DNA of 17,919 nucleotides from positions 64,001 to 81,919 of IMG/VR virus record IMGVR_UViG_2667528037_000002. One strand, written 5' to 3'. The notes under the pieces were generated by a model, which saw only the letters and a list, made by a program, of their open reading frames with translations, had not been told where the DNA came from and made no database searches. Shown here in pieces: positions 8,085-14,965 of this stretch. The position numbers and the translations under genes were made by a program. Every line of letters starts with the position of its first letter. Position 1 is the first letter of the stretch. This DNA comes from a virus. Its lineage: Duplodnaviria > Heunggongvirae > Uroviricota > Caudoviricetes.

Positions 8085-8122
8085 TCACCCCCGCCCCATG
8101 TGGGCGGGGGTGATTTCTTTTT
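8085..8122 (+). terminator. Intrinsic terminator
   Basis: 12-bp stem TCACCCCCGCCC/GGGCGGGGGTGA followed by TTTCTTTTT. Confidence 0.85.
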
Positions 8123-8136
8123 CTTCTTGCTCATGC

Positions 8137-8166
8137 TTGCCTAAAACGTATAGTGCGCTATACATT
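8137..8166 (+). promoter_or_regulatory. SigA-type promoter with operator copy 3
   Basis: TTGCCT (8137-8142)-N18-TACATT (8161-8166); AACGTATAGTGCGCTATACATT at 8145-8166, two mismatches to copy 2. Confidence 0.8.
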
Positions 8167-8205
8167 CGAGCCATCGGTTAAGCAAACATCAACCAGGAGG
8201 AAACC

Positions 8206-9390
8206 ATGACCGCACCAACACTCCCCGCAGTACCCGCCCGCACCCTGCGCAACGCCAACATCGGAAACCTCATAACGCTGCTGGAGCAGCAGCACCGGCA
8301 GAAGGTGGACGTCGTCATGCCCGTCTCCGACGTCCGGTTCACCAGCGGCAACCTGGTCATCTCGGACCAGGCGCCCGACATCAACGACGAAGGCGTCACC
8401 GACTTCAACGGGACATACCGGATGACCGACCGCTCCGACAGCCAGCTCGGCGACGTCCTCGACATCCCCACCCGCTATGTCCGGAAGCTGCGCGCGCAGC
8501 ACCTGGAACTGATGGACACCAACGTCAACGAACTGGCCCGGGTGCACGACCCCGCCAAGAAGGTTCTCGTCCGCATGCTGTCGGGCAGCGACCCCATGTA
8601 CCCCGGCACCCACGGCATCGTCCGCGCCGTGCTGTCAGACCGGTACGGCATCCGCGACAACCTCGACACCGTGCTCGCACTGCTCGATGGGATGCGCGCG
8701 GCCGGTCTCGGCGCCCAGCACATCCGCGGCGCCGACTTGTCCGACGAGAGGCTGTACCTGCGGGTGACCGCACCGGAGCTGGAGGTCGTTGCCCCCAAGC
8801 TGCTGGAGGGCTACCGCTCACCCTGGGCAGGCACAGCACACGGCGGCGAAGCCGCCAACACCCTGCCCGTCGTCTACGCCGGAATGCTGGTCACCAACAG
8901 CGAGACCGGCGGCGGCGCACTCACCATCACCCCAGAGCTGCGTATCAGGATCTGCGACAACGGCCTCACCATCAACGCCGATGCCATGCGCAAGATCCAC
9001 CTCGGCAAGAAGCTGGACGACGGCAAGGTGAACTGGTCGGCAGACACCATCGACGCCGCCAACGACCTGATCAAGAAGCAGGTCCGCGACGCCGTCGCGT
9101 CCTTCATGAACGTCGACTACGTGAAGACCGCTATTGAGAAGCTGGAGGAGACCAGCGGCACCCCGCTCACCGCCCCGGCCGACGTGATCGAGGTCGTGGC
9201 CAAGAAGCTGTCCTACAGCCAGGACGAACAGCGCGGAATCCTGGACCACTTCATCAAGGGTGGCCAGATGACCGCGGGCGGCGTCATGCAGGCCGTCACG
9301 TCGTACGCCCAGCTGATTGCCGACGTCGACCGCTCCAACGAATTCGCGGCCACCGGTGTGGACGCCATGCTCGTGGCCGCCGGTCGCTGA
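8206..9390 (+). CDS. DUF932-family protein
   Basis: AGGAGG RBS at 8195-8200; motifs RAVLSDRY..DN and VTNSETGGGAL....RIRICDNGL resemble the DUF932 NSxxG / CxNGL signature. Confidence 0.78.
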   Translation: MTAPTLPAVPARTLRNANIGNLITLLEQQHRQKVDVVMPVSDVRFTSGNLVISDQAPDINDEGVTDFNGTYRMTDRSDSQLGDVLDIPTRYVRKLRAQHLELMDTNVNELARVHDPAKKVLVRMLSGSDPMYPGTHGIVRAVLSDRYGIRDNLDTVLALLDGMRAAGLGAQHIRGADLSDERLYLRVTAPELEVVAPKLLEGYRSPWAGTAHGGEAANTLPVVYAGMLVTNSETGGGALTITPELRIRICDNGLTINADAMRKIHLGKKLDDGKVNWSADTIDAANDLIKKQVRDAVASFMNVDYVKTAIEKLEETSGTPLTAPADVIEVVAKKLSYSQDEQRGILDHFIKGGQMTAGGVMQAVTSYAQLIADVDRSNEFAATGVDAMLVAAGR

Positions 9391-9401
9391 CTGCCGTAGG
9401 G

Positions 9402-9439
9402 GAAGGAGGGCCACCCGAGGGGATGGGTGGCCCTCCTTC
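9402..9439. terminator. Strong hairpin between convergent genes (probable bidirectional terminator)
   Basis: 15-bp perfect stem GAAGGAGGGCCACCC/GGGTGGCCCTCCTTC with an 8-nt loop. Confidence 0.75.
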
Positions 9440-9735
9440 TATTCAGGGTCGACGACCCGGAGTCTCGGCGGCTCGGCTGCACCCTCCGGTGCAGCGTCGA
9501 GCGCTTCCCTGACGCATTTCGCGATGTGCTCCGCTAACCCGTGGATGACGTCCTCGGTGACGTACGCTTTCGCCGCGCGCCGCTGAATCCGCATGCGCTC
9601 GGCAACGAAATCCACATGCGCGGAGACGTCCTCGCGGGCAGTGCTCTCGCTGATAGTCAGCCCGTATTGCTCGGCTAGCGTCTGGATGAGCAGGTTTGCT
9701 CGTGCGTTTAGCCACGGTGACTTGCGGGCAGGCAT
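9439..9735 (-). CDS. Hypothetical protein (98 aa from ATG 9735)
   Basis: Helical, protein-like composition (MPARKSPWLNARANLL...). The track's start at 9816 overlaps the integrase 3' end, so the internal ATG is preferred. Confidence 0.6.
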   Translation of the reverse strand: MPARKSPWLNARANLLIQTLAEQYGLTISESTAREDVSAHVDFVAERMRIQRRAAKAYVTEDVIHGLAEHIAKCVREALDAAPEGAAEPPRLRVVDPE

Positions 9736-9760
9736 GCGGCGTAACCCTACCGGCGCCTGC

Positions 9761-10765
9761 TTAACTTCCGGGGTATAACGGGGGCAATTGATCAGATAGT
9801 AATGCCGTCGATGCAATAACAGCGACGGCAGCGGCGCCGCCTGCGACCGCGCTGCCAGCCCACCTCGCCGCCTTCGCTAGAGGGGGCGGTCCAGAGGAGG
9901 CAGCCATCATGGCTGCCCGCTTTTCGTCGTCATCCACAGCGGTGTATAGCTGCGTAGTAGCAACCGATGAGTGGCCCAACAACTCCTGCACGGCGCGTAT
10001 GTCCCGTGTGCCCCGGTATGCACGTGTAGCGAAACGGTGGCGCAGCTTGTGCATCGTCCACACACCCGGCATCGCCTTTGCGCACAACTTGCCGACCCAT
10101 CGCGGGGACAGGTGCCCGTTGTCGTCGCCAGGGAATAGATACCCGCCCGACCCTAGGCCCGGGGTGTGACCACCTGGCCCGGCCGCGACCATGTCCGCGA
10201 GGTCATCGGAAATGGGTATGGTCCGCTCCTTGCCGCCCTTGCCATGAACGACCAGAAGGTATCCCCCGATGCCCTCCAGTAGGTCGTCTGTGTGCACGGC
10301 GGCGACTTCACCGCGTCGTAACCCGCCATCGCAGGCCAGGTACAGCATGACCATGGTGCGGGGGTCGGCCGCCAGAAGCGACTCTTTCCACACGCGATCT
10401 GGTGCCGGTTTAGGTGCCGGTGGCTCCGGCGAGACGGCCTCCAGCCCGGCGGCTGGGTTAGACAAAAGGTGTCCCTTGGCATGCGCCCAGCCGAAAAACC
10501 CCCGAGTTGTCGTCCGGTATCCGCGACGAGTTTCGCGTTGCCAGTGTTTTTGCTTAGCAAACCACTCGATGAGCGTTTCCTCGGTCACCTCATAGGGCGC
10601 CGCATCCAGTCCGCGGGCTAATCGGTGAAGGTGCGACATGCGTGTCGCGATGGTCGTCCGCGGGCTACCGTCCGCCTCCAAAGCGGTGCGGTACTTCGCG
10701 ATTATCCCCTGCCATTCTGGTGGCGCCGGTAGCGGCGCCGGTCCAGTCCCCCTTGAAGTTGTCAT
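9761..10765 (-). CDS. int: Prophage tyrosine integrase lacking an N-terminal arm-binding domain
   Basis: Catalytic set GLRRGE (R), VHGKGGK (K), HKLRH (HxxR), LLGH (H) and TTQLY (Y). The core-binding domain starts right after ATG 10765 (TTG 10834 is the track's longer start). Lies next to attR and points away from it. Confidence 0.88.
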   Translation of the reverse strand: MTTSRGTGPAPLPAPPEWQGIIAKYRTALEADGSPRTTIATRMSHLHRLARGLDAAPYEVTEETLIEWFAKQKHWQRETRRGYRTTTRGFFGWAHAKGHLLSNPAAGLEAVSPEPPAPKPAPDRVWKESLLAADPRTMVMLYLACDGGLRRGEVAAVHTDDLLEGIGGYLLVVHGKGGKERTIPISDDLADMVAAGPGGHTPGLGSGGYLFPGDDNGHLSPRWVGKLCAKAMPGVWTMHKLRHRFATRAYRGTRDIRAVQELLGHSSVATTQLYTAVDDDEKRAAMMAASSGPPPLAKAARWAGSAVAGGAAAVAVIASTALLSDQLPPLYPGS

Positions 10766-10893
10766 TAGAGCGGAACCGTAAATCGAAGTCGGAAATTCAC
10801 AGATATTTCCAAGGGGTTTGTTATCAAACTGCAAGATCCGATCATCTGGCAGTCGAATTCAGCAAACATGCGTAACCAGACCCGTAGTGTCAT
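10765..10893 (-). CDS. Possible 42-aa ORF bridging the repressor tail and the integrase
   Basis: Its ATG overlaps the repressor-tail stop (ATGA) and its TAA overlaps the integrase ATG (TAATG). Codon use is AT-rich and no family is recognised. Confidence 0.35.
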   Translation of the reverse strand: MTLRVWLRMFAEFDCQMIGSCSLITNPLEISVNFRLRFTVPL

Positions 10894-11030
10894 GCGGCAT
10901 CGGCTTCGAGTTCTGCTGCGCGCCGCCTGCTGCGGTGCGCTACGAGGTCTGTAGGCTCGGTGTCGATGCAGGTCAACGGGTTTCGAACTACTGACCAGAA
11001 GGTTAGGGGTTCGAATCCCTTCGGGCGCAC
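10890..11030 (-). pseudogene. Severed C-terminal segment of an integration-dependent immunity repressor (viral-form tail with AA-ending degron)
   Basis: The frame from the att core reads VRPKGFEPLTFWSVVRNPLTCIDTEPTDLVAHRSRRRAAELEADAA-stop. Position relative to att and the arm-less int matches the BPs/Brujita-type layout. Confidence 0.72.
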
Positions 11031-11032
11031 CA
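10996..11032 (+). repeat. att common core: 3' half of a tRNA-Arg gene (attR of the prophage and junction with the second element)
   Basis: CAGAAGGTTAGGGGTTCGAATCCCTTCGGGCGCACCA contains the T-arm (GTTCGAATC), acceptor strand and CCA; no 5' half or D-arm upstream. Confidence 0.88.
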
Positions 11033-11099
11033 TCTATCAGTGCAAATACGCGTTACGGAGTGCGTGACACGCCCGGAATCTGATACTTTCCCTCCACTT

Positions 11100-12263
11100 T
11101 TAGCCGCCACTTTCAGCGAACTGCTCCAAAGCCGCTCGGACATCGGGGCCTCGGGTCTGGCGCTCTAAGTAATGCGCCTCGGTGGTGGCCAACTTGGAAT
11201 GGGAGAGCTGCTGCTGCGCCTTATCAGGGCCGTGAGCATCACGGACAACGGTGGCGACCGTGCGTCTGAACGAGTGCGGCGTGACCCAGCTCAGTTCATC
11301 CGGCAGAGCTGCACGCAGAGCCCGACGCATGTTGGCTAGGGACATCCAGCCGCCCTGACGATTGGCGAACACTGGGCCTTCCATACCGGACTCTCCGACA
11401 AGCTCCGTGAGGGTCTCAACACCAAACTTGGGTAGAACAACGGTGTGCGGGGGAGCATGGTGCTTGCGGTGGTCCTGCCGGTGCAGTGGCTTACCCACGA
11501 TGCGCCCGTGGTCGATCAACGTCCCGGTAATCGTCAGGGTAGGTGGGTCCGCCAACAGGTCAACATCAGACCACCTCGTAGCTAGTACTTCGCTGGGTCG
11601 GCAACCTGTCGCCACCAACACGTCAATGAATGCGGCGAGAAGTCGGCCAGGACGCGGCCCGGAACCTTTCCGAGTCGAGTACGCCTGGACGGCAGCCCGG
11701 ATCTGCCGGAACTCAGCTGCTGTAGCCGCGCGAGCTGGCTTACGCGTCGTTTTGACCGGCTTCGCCTCGCGGATCGGGTTCACCGGTAGGACATCGAATC
11801 TAACGGCCATCGAGAACATTCCCGACAGCACCGTGCGCAGCCGCTTGGCCTGAGTCGTTGCCCCCATCCCCTGTAGATAGTTGTGCGCCGATTGGGTGCG
11901 TAACTCCGTGACCCTTAGGGAGCCCAACTGGGCGGCGCCATGGGTTTTCCATACCGCCCGATACTGGTCTACCGTCTGCTGTAGAACGCCGTCCTCGGCT
12001 GCCTTTGCTTCGATCCACAGATCGAACAAGTCAGTGAGGGCGGTTTTTTCTGTCACCAGTTGCCCGGAGAGCGGCGCGCGTCGGGCGTTCAAGTGCCGCT
12101 GGAGCGCGCGCCGCGCATCCTCGGCAGATTTCTCGCTGGACCGCTCTACTCGTCGCCGCTTGCCATCAGAGTCACGCACGTAGGTAGAAGCGAAAAACAT
12201 TCGACCACTTACCCGTTCGGTGATCTTGCCGTGCTCCCCCGGAGCGAGCCGCTGCCTAGGCAT
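11100..12263 (-). CDS. int: Tyrosine integrase of the second element (with N-terminal arm-binding-like domain)
   Basis: TGCRPSE (R), PHSFRR (HxxR), LSHS (H) and TEAHY (Y); N-terminal beta-rich segment; stop 67 nt from the tRNA fragment. Confidence 0.93.
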   Translation of the reverse strand: MPRQRLAPGEHGKITERVSGRMFFASTYVRDSDGKRRRVERSSEKSAEDARRALQRHLNARRAPLSGQLVTEKTALTDLFDLWIEAKAAEDGVLQQTVDQYRAVWKTHGAAQLGSLRVTELRTQSAHNYLQGMGATTQAKRLRTVLSGMFSMAVRFDVLPVNPIREAKPVKTTRKPARAATAAEFRQIRAAVQAYSTRKGSGPRPGRLLAAFIDVLVATGCRPSEVLATRWSDVDLLADPPTLTITGTLIDHGRIVGKPLHRQDHRKHHAPPHTVVLPKFGVETLTELVGESGMEGPVFANRQGGWMSLANMRRALRAALPDELSWVTPHSFRRTVATVVRDAHGPDKAQQQLSHSKLATTEAHYLERQTRGPDVRAALEQFAESGG

Positions 12264-12831
12264 CCTCGTTACCCTCGATTTGTTGCCACAATTCGCGAAT
12301 CATTCTGTCGTACATTTCGATTTGATCGCGGTCACGGTCAAGTTCGGCTCGCGCCGTCACGCGGGCGCGGGCATCTTCCAATTCCGCCAGGCGTCGCCAT
12401 TGGCGAAGCTGATCTGTGCGCCAAGCAAATCCGAAATCGCCGTCGAACGCACTCGCTAGCTCTTGCGACCACCCGTTTGCCGAAAACCACTGCGCTGCAT
12501 CGAATTCCGGAACTTCTCGTTCAGGTAGAAATTCCACCGAATCGGAATACGGGCCGGGGTACATCAGCGTTACTGGGGACGTATCGAGTGCGGCAGCGAG
12601 TATTACTAGCTCAGCGGTCGTGACATACCTACGTCGCCCATTCTCCAAATCGGAAATCACCGAACGGGATACTTCGTGGCCGAGTTCCTTGGTCCGAGCC
12701 GCAAGCCACTGCGCTGACCTCTTTCCGCGAAGCCGGTAAACCTCGCGCGCCAATCTATGCGCTTCACGTTCCGCCCAGCTGTCGGGCGGCCGTTCCGTCC
12801 AACTCGGCCTTTTCGGCCCTGATTGCGTCAT
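12256..12831 (-). CDS. XRE-family HTH repressor
   Basis: SAQWLA...VSRSVISDLENGRR..VTTAELVILAAALD is an XRE HTH; 8-bp overlap with int. ATG 12831 lies 7 nt after a -10-like TATCCT (leaderless). Confidence 0.85.
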   Translation of the reverse strand: MTQSGPKRPSWTERPPDSWAEREAHRLAREVYRLRGKRSAQWLAARTKELGHEVSRSVISDLENGRRRYVTTAELVILAAALDTSPVTLMYPGPYSDSVEFLPEREVPEFDAAQWFSANGWSQELASAFDGDFGFAWRTDQLRQWRRLAELEDARARVTARAELDRDRDQIEMYDRMIRELWQQIEGNEDA

Positions 12832-12834
12832 GAC

Positions 12835-12919
12835 ACGCAGGATATGCACTGCTTGCGTTCATTGCCATCCGCCTGGTATCTATTGAGTCGCAGAAACGCA
12901 ACTTATCGGATGTCTGCGT
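12835..12919. promoter_or_regulatory. Divergent switch region with two ACGCA-N14-TGCGT inverted repeats
   Basis: Copies at 12835-12858 (covering the repressor -10) and 12896-12919; extra ACGCA half-sites at 12926 and 12954. Confidence 0.55.
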
Positions 12920-12958
12920 GTTTGAACGCACAAGCAGCCATGAACGGAGGAGGACGCA

Positions 12959-13126
12959 ATGCACGACCACAAGGCAGTGGGGGCAAAGCTCGGAGGTATC
13001 AGCAGAACGCTGGTGTTCCAGCTCTGGCACTCTGGTGCCCTCGCCAGCGTGAGGATTGGTAAGCGCCGATTCAGCACTGACAGGCAGATCAACGAGTACA
13101 TCGCCAAGCTTGAAGGCGCGGCGTGA
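12959..13126 (+). CDS. Excisionase / AlpA-like winged-HTH protein (55 aa); not in the ORF track
   Basis: GGAGGAGG RBS; MHDHKAVGAKLGGISRTLVFQLWHSGALASVRIGKRRFSTDRQINEYIAKLEGAA fits the HTH_17/Xis pattern; divergent from the repressor. Confidence 0.82.
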   Translation: MHDHKAVGAKLGGISRTLVFQLWHSGALASVRIGKRRFSTDRQINEYIAKLEGAA

Positions 13127-13416
13127 GTATCGAGGCGTACAGGATCGCGGCGCGGCTAGCGCAAGAGCCGTGGGTTCCCTTGTCGCCATGCATTATTCGG
13201 GATGGCAAGGTGGTTCCGAATTCCACGGCCAGCGTGGAGGCCGAGGGCGATGTGATCACGGTGACCGTGACCGACGCTGACGGGGCCAAGCGCGAATATC
13301 GCGCACAAGTTCAGCTCGTCGGCACAAGTTCGGCTATGCCAACGGCCCCCGTAGTCCCCGACGCGGCAACGTCGGGCGGGAGCCGCTGCAACCAACCATC
13401 AACAGAAAGTAGGTAA
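13123..13416 (+). CDS. Hypothetical protein
   Basis: GTGA overlap with the xis stop; protein-like composition. Confidence 0.65.
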   Translation: MSIEAYRIAARLAQEPWVPLSPCIIRDGKVVPNSTASVEAEGDVITVTVTDADGAKREYRAQVQLVGTSSAMPTAPVVPDAATSGGSRCNQPSTESR

Positions 13417-13421
13417 ATCTC

Positions 13422-13919
13422 ATGGTACAGATCGAATTTGGCGACGACACCCGGACATGGCGTGACTTGGTTGATCGACTACCGGCTGACTGGGTAGCGC
13501 AGTTGGAGCGCGCCGAGGAGTTGGCGGCGGCTGGGGTCACGCCATGGCGGGCCACGAGTCAGGCCGACAACGCAGCGTTGAGTCTCCTTTTCAAGATCAC
13601 CCTCGATATCGAGACGCATCAAGCTGGTATCCGGTTCGCGCATGTGCCGATCCCAGCTCAAGCCTCACATGCTGACCAGTGGATGAACATGGGCTCTAAG
13701 GAATCGCCGGACTGGGGGCGCAGGCTAGAGGGCGCCCGGTTCGAGGTGGGCGAGGGCTTGGGGCATGTGCTCATAGAGGGCACCCAGCAGGCCGCAGATG
13801 GTTCGGTTGAGTGGGGCGTGCGTTGGGTCAATGGTGTCGAGGACTGGATGGAAGCGAGCGCGGCGCGACGCCTGACTGATGCGCTGCGCGCCGCCGCTGA
13901 GGTCGTGGAGTCCTTGTGA
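13422..13919 (+). CDS. Hypothetical protein
   Basis: Starts 5 nt after the previous stop, 165 aa, in the operon direction. Confidence 0.75.
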   Translation: MVQIEFGDDTRTWRDLVDRLPADWVAQLERAEELAAAGVTPWRATSQADNAALSLLFKITLDIETHQAGIRFAHVPIPAQASHADQWMNMGSKESPDWGRRLEGARFEVGEGLGHVLIEGTQQAADGSVEWGVRWVNGVEDWMEASAARRLTDALRAAAEVVESL

Positions 13920-13955
13920 TCGGAACAGATTGCACTCATCACGCGGTGGAGCGCG

Positions 13956-14174
13956 ATGCCTCTGCGTGAGTGCGCACGGGCACCATTGGGCGGCGGGCTT
14001 GTTGGTCGGCTGCCCGATGGGCCTGGGGGAGTGCACGAGTTGTGCGTCACGGTGCGTGATGGTGTGCGCCCTGTTGTGCGCTGCGACGTGCATCGCGCGG
14101 CCCAGTTGCACGCCAGCGTGCGCGCTAGCCGAAGCCGTGCATTGCCTGCTGACGCACAGGGCGGCTTACCGTGA
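13956..14174 (+). CDS. Possible hypothetical protein
   Basis: Fills the gap and its stop overlaps the Rep start (GTGA), but the competing Cys-rich frame 13879-14193 cannot be excluded. Confidence 0.35.
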   Translation: MPLRECARAPLGGGLVGRLPDGPGGVHELCVTVRDGVRPVVRCDVHRAAQLHASVRASRSRALPADAQGGLP

Positions 14175-14965
14175 CGCCAGAGCAGCGCCGTGACTGGCGC
14201 GATTATGTTCTCGGGGCCAAGGCCCTGACGTTGGCCCAGCGGATAGTTCTCCTGGCGCTTGAGACGTTCGCCGACTACGCGGACGGCACCAACGCGCGGC
14301 CTGGAATAGAAGGGCTCATGCGGAAATGCGGGCTCACCGAACGGGCTGTGGAAACGGCGCTCAAGCGAGGCCGCGAGCTGGGGCTCATCCAGCGCACAGC
14401 AAACGGATTCAAGCGTCATGCCGCCGTGTATCGGCTGGTTCCGATCGCAAATACCCCGCATGGCGGTGCGGGTCAAAACGGTGATACCCCGCATGGCCGT
14501 GCGGGTCAAAACAGCCAAAGCCCGCACAGCGGTGCGGGTCAACGGTCCGATAGCCCGTACGGCGGTGCCTCTTTGACCCGCACGGCGGTGCCCCCCACCA
14601 CATCAGGACCACATCAAAAGAGGGGGTTGCGTTATGGGGGTACGGAACTTGACGACCCGGACGCCTACGCGATCACCCCCGCCAGCCGAGGGCGGCAATC
14701 AGCTAACGGCAATGAGACGGGGACGCGTTGCGCCAAGCACGCGCACATCGCACCTGATGCCTGGGTGGGTGAGAGCTGCCGCGACTGCGCAGCGCTGCGC
14801 AAGGCTGCCACGGCGTCGGAGGCCGAACGCAAACGCGCAGCCGTGCAGGTGATTCGGGACTGCCCGGATTGCGACGACTTGGGCCGGATCGAAGTCGATG
14901 ACGGACTCAAGCCCTGCCCGCGTCACGTCAGCTGGGCGCAAGCCCAGGGAGGGAGAACCGCCTGA
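14171..14965 (+). CDS. Replication initiator-like protein: N-terminal winged HTH, 11-aa repeats and C-terminal Cys/His Zn-binding domain
   Basis: RIVLLALETFAD...ARPGIEGLMRKCGLTERAVETALKRGRELGLI resembles phage wHTH initiators; internal DNA repeats; CxxH, CxxC, CxxC and CPRH motifs. Confidence 0.75.
   Translation: MTPEQRRDWRDYVLGAKALTLAQRIVLLALETFADYADGTNARPGIEGLMRKCGLTERAVETALKRGRELGLIQRTANGFKRHAAVYRLVPIANTPHGGAGQNGDTPHGRAGQNSQSPHSGAGQRSDSPYGGASLTRTAVPPTTSGPHQKRGLRYGGTELDDPDAYAITPASRGRQSANGNETGTRCAKHAHIAPDAWVGESCRDCAALRKAATASEAERKRAAVQVIRDCPDCDDLGRIEVDDGLKPCPRHVSWAQAQGGRTA
14451..14590 (+). repeat. Four tandem 33-bp repeats plus a partial fifth (iteron-like origin)
   Basis: Units start at 14451, 14484, 14517 and 14550. 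Units 1-3 carry the inverted repeat CCCGCA-N6-TGCGGG; unit 4 and the copy at 14577 are degenerate. Confidence 0.8.

Larger units (their letters stand above)
1..11032. mobile_element. Right end of a temperate actinobacteriophage prophage (lysis cassette to attR)
   Basis: Lysin A/B, holin, accessory toxin-immunity cassette and tyrosine integrase, ending at a tRNA-Arg 3' fragment that has no 5' half. The left end is outside the window. Confidence 0.9.

Noticed and set aside
3584-8166. The GTATA-N6-TATAC palindromes as loxP-like recombination sites for the arm-less recombinase (loxP arms also end in CGTATA/TATACG)
   Set aside because: The spacers differ between copies and are near-symmetric, the arms are short, all three overlap promoter -10 elements, and the recombinase is explained by attR. 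Operator is the better reading; an inversion/deletion PCR would settle it.
9899-9917. Inverted repeat GGCAGCCAT-C-ATGGCTGCC
   Set aside because: Falls within integrase codons for AAMMAA and a 1-nt loop is not a plausible hairpin; likely incidental.
10765-11031. An 88-codon frame (GAPEGIRTPNLL...) running from the att core to int as the repressor tail
   Set aside because: It has no AA-type end and, on the recalled tRNA sequence, would not gain the stop at the discriminating base 10995. Only its ATG-initiated last 42 codons are kept as a candidate.
10960-11032. Intact tRNA gene
   Set aside because: Only the 3' half is present; upstream sequence cannot form the acceptor 5' strand or D-arm. Treated as an att core.
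14451-14590. CRISPR array
   Set aside because: Repeats are contiguous with no unique spacers, lie inside a coding frame, and no cas genes are present.
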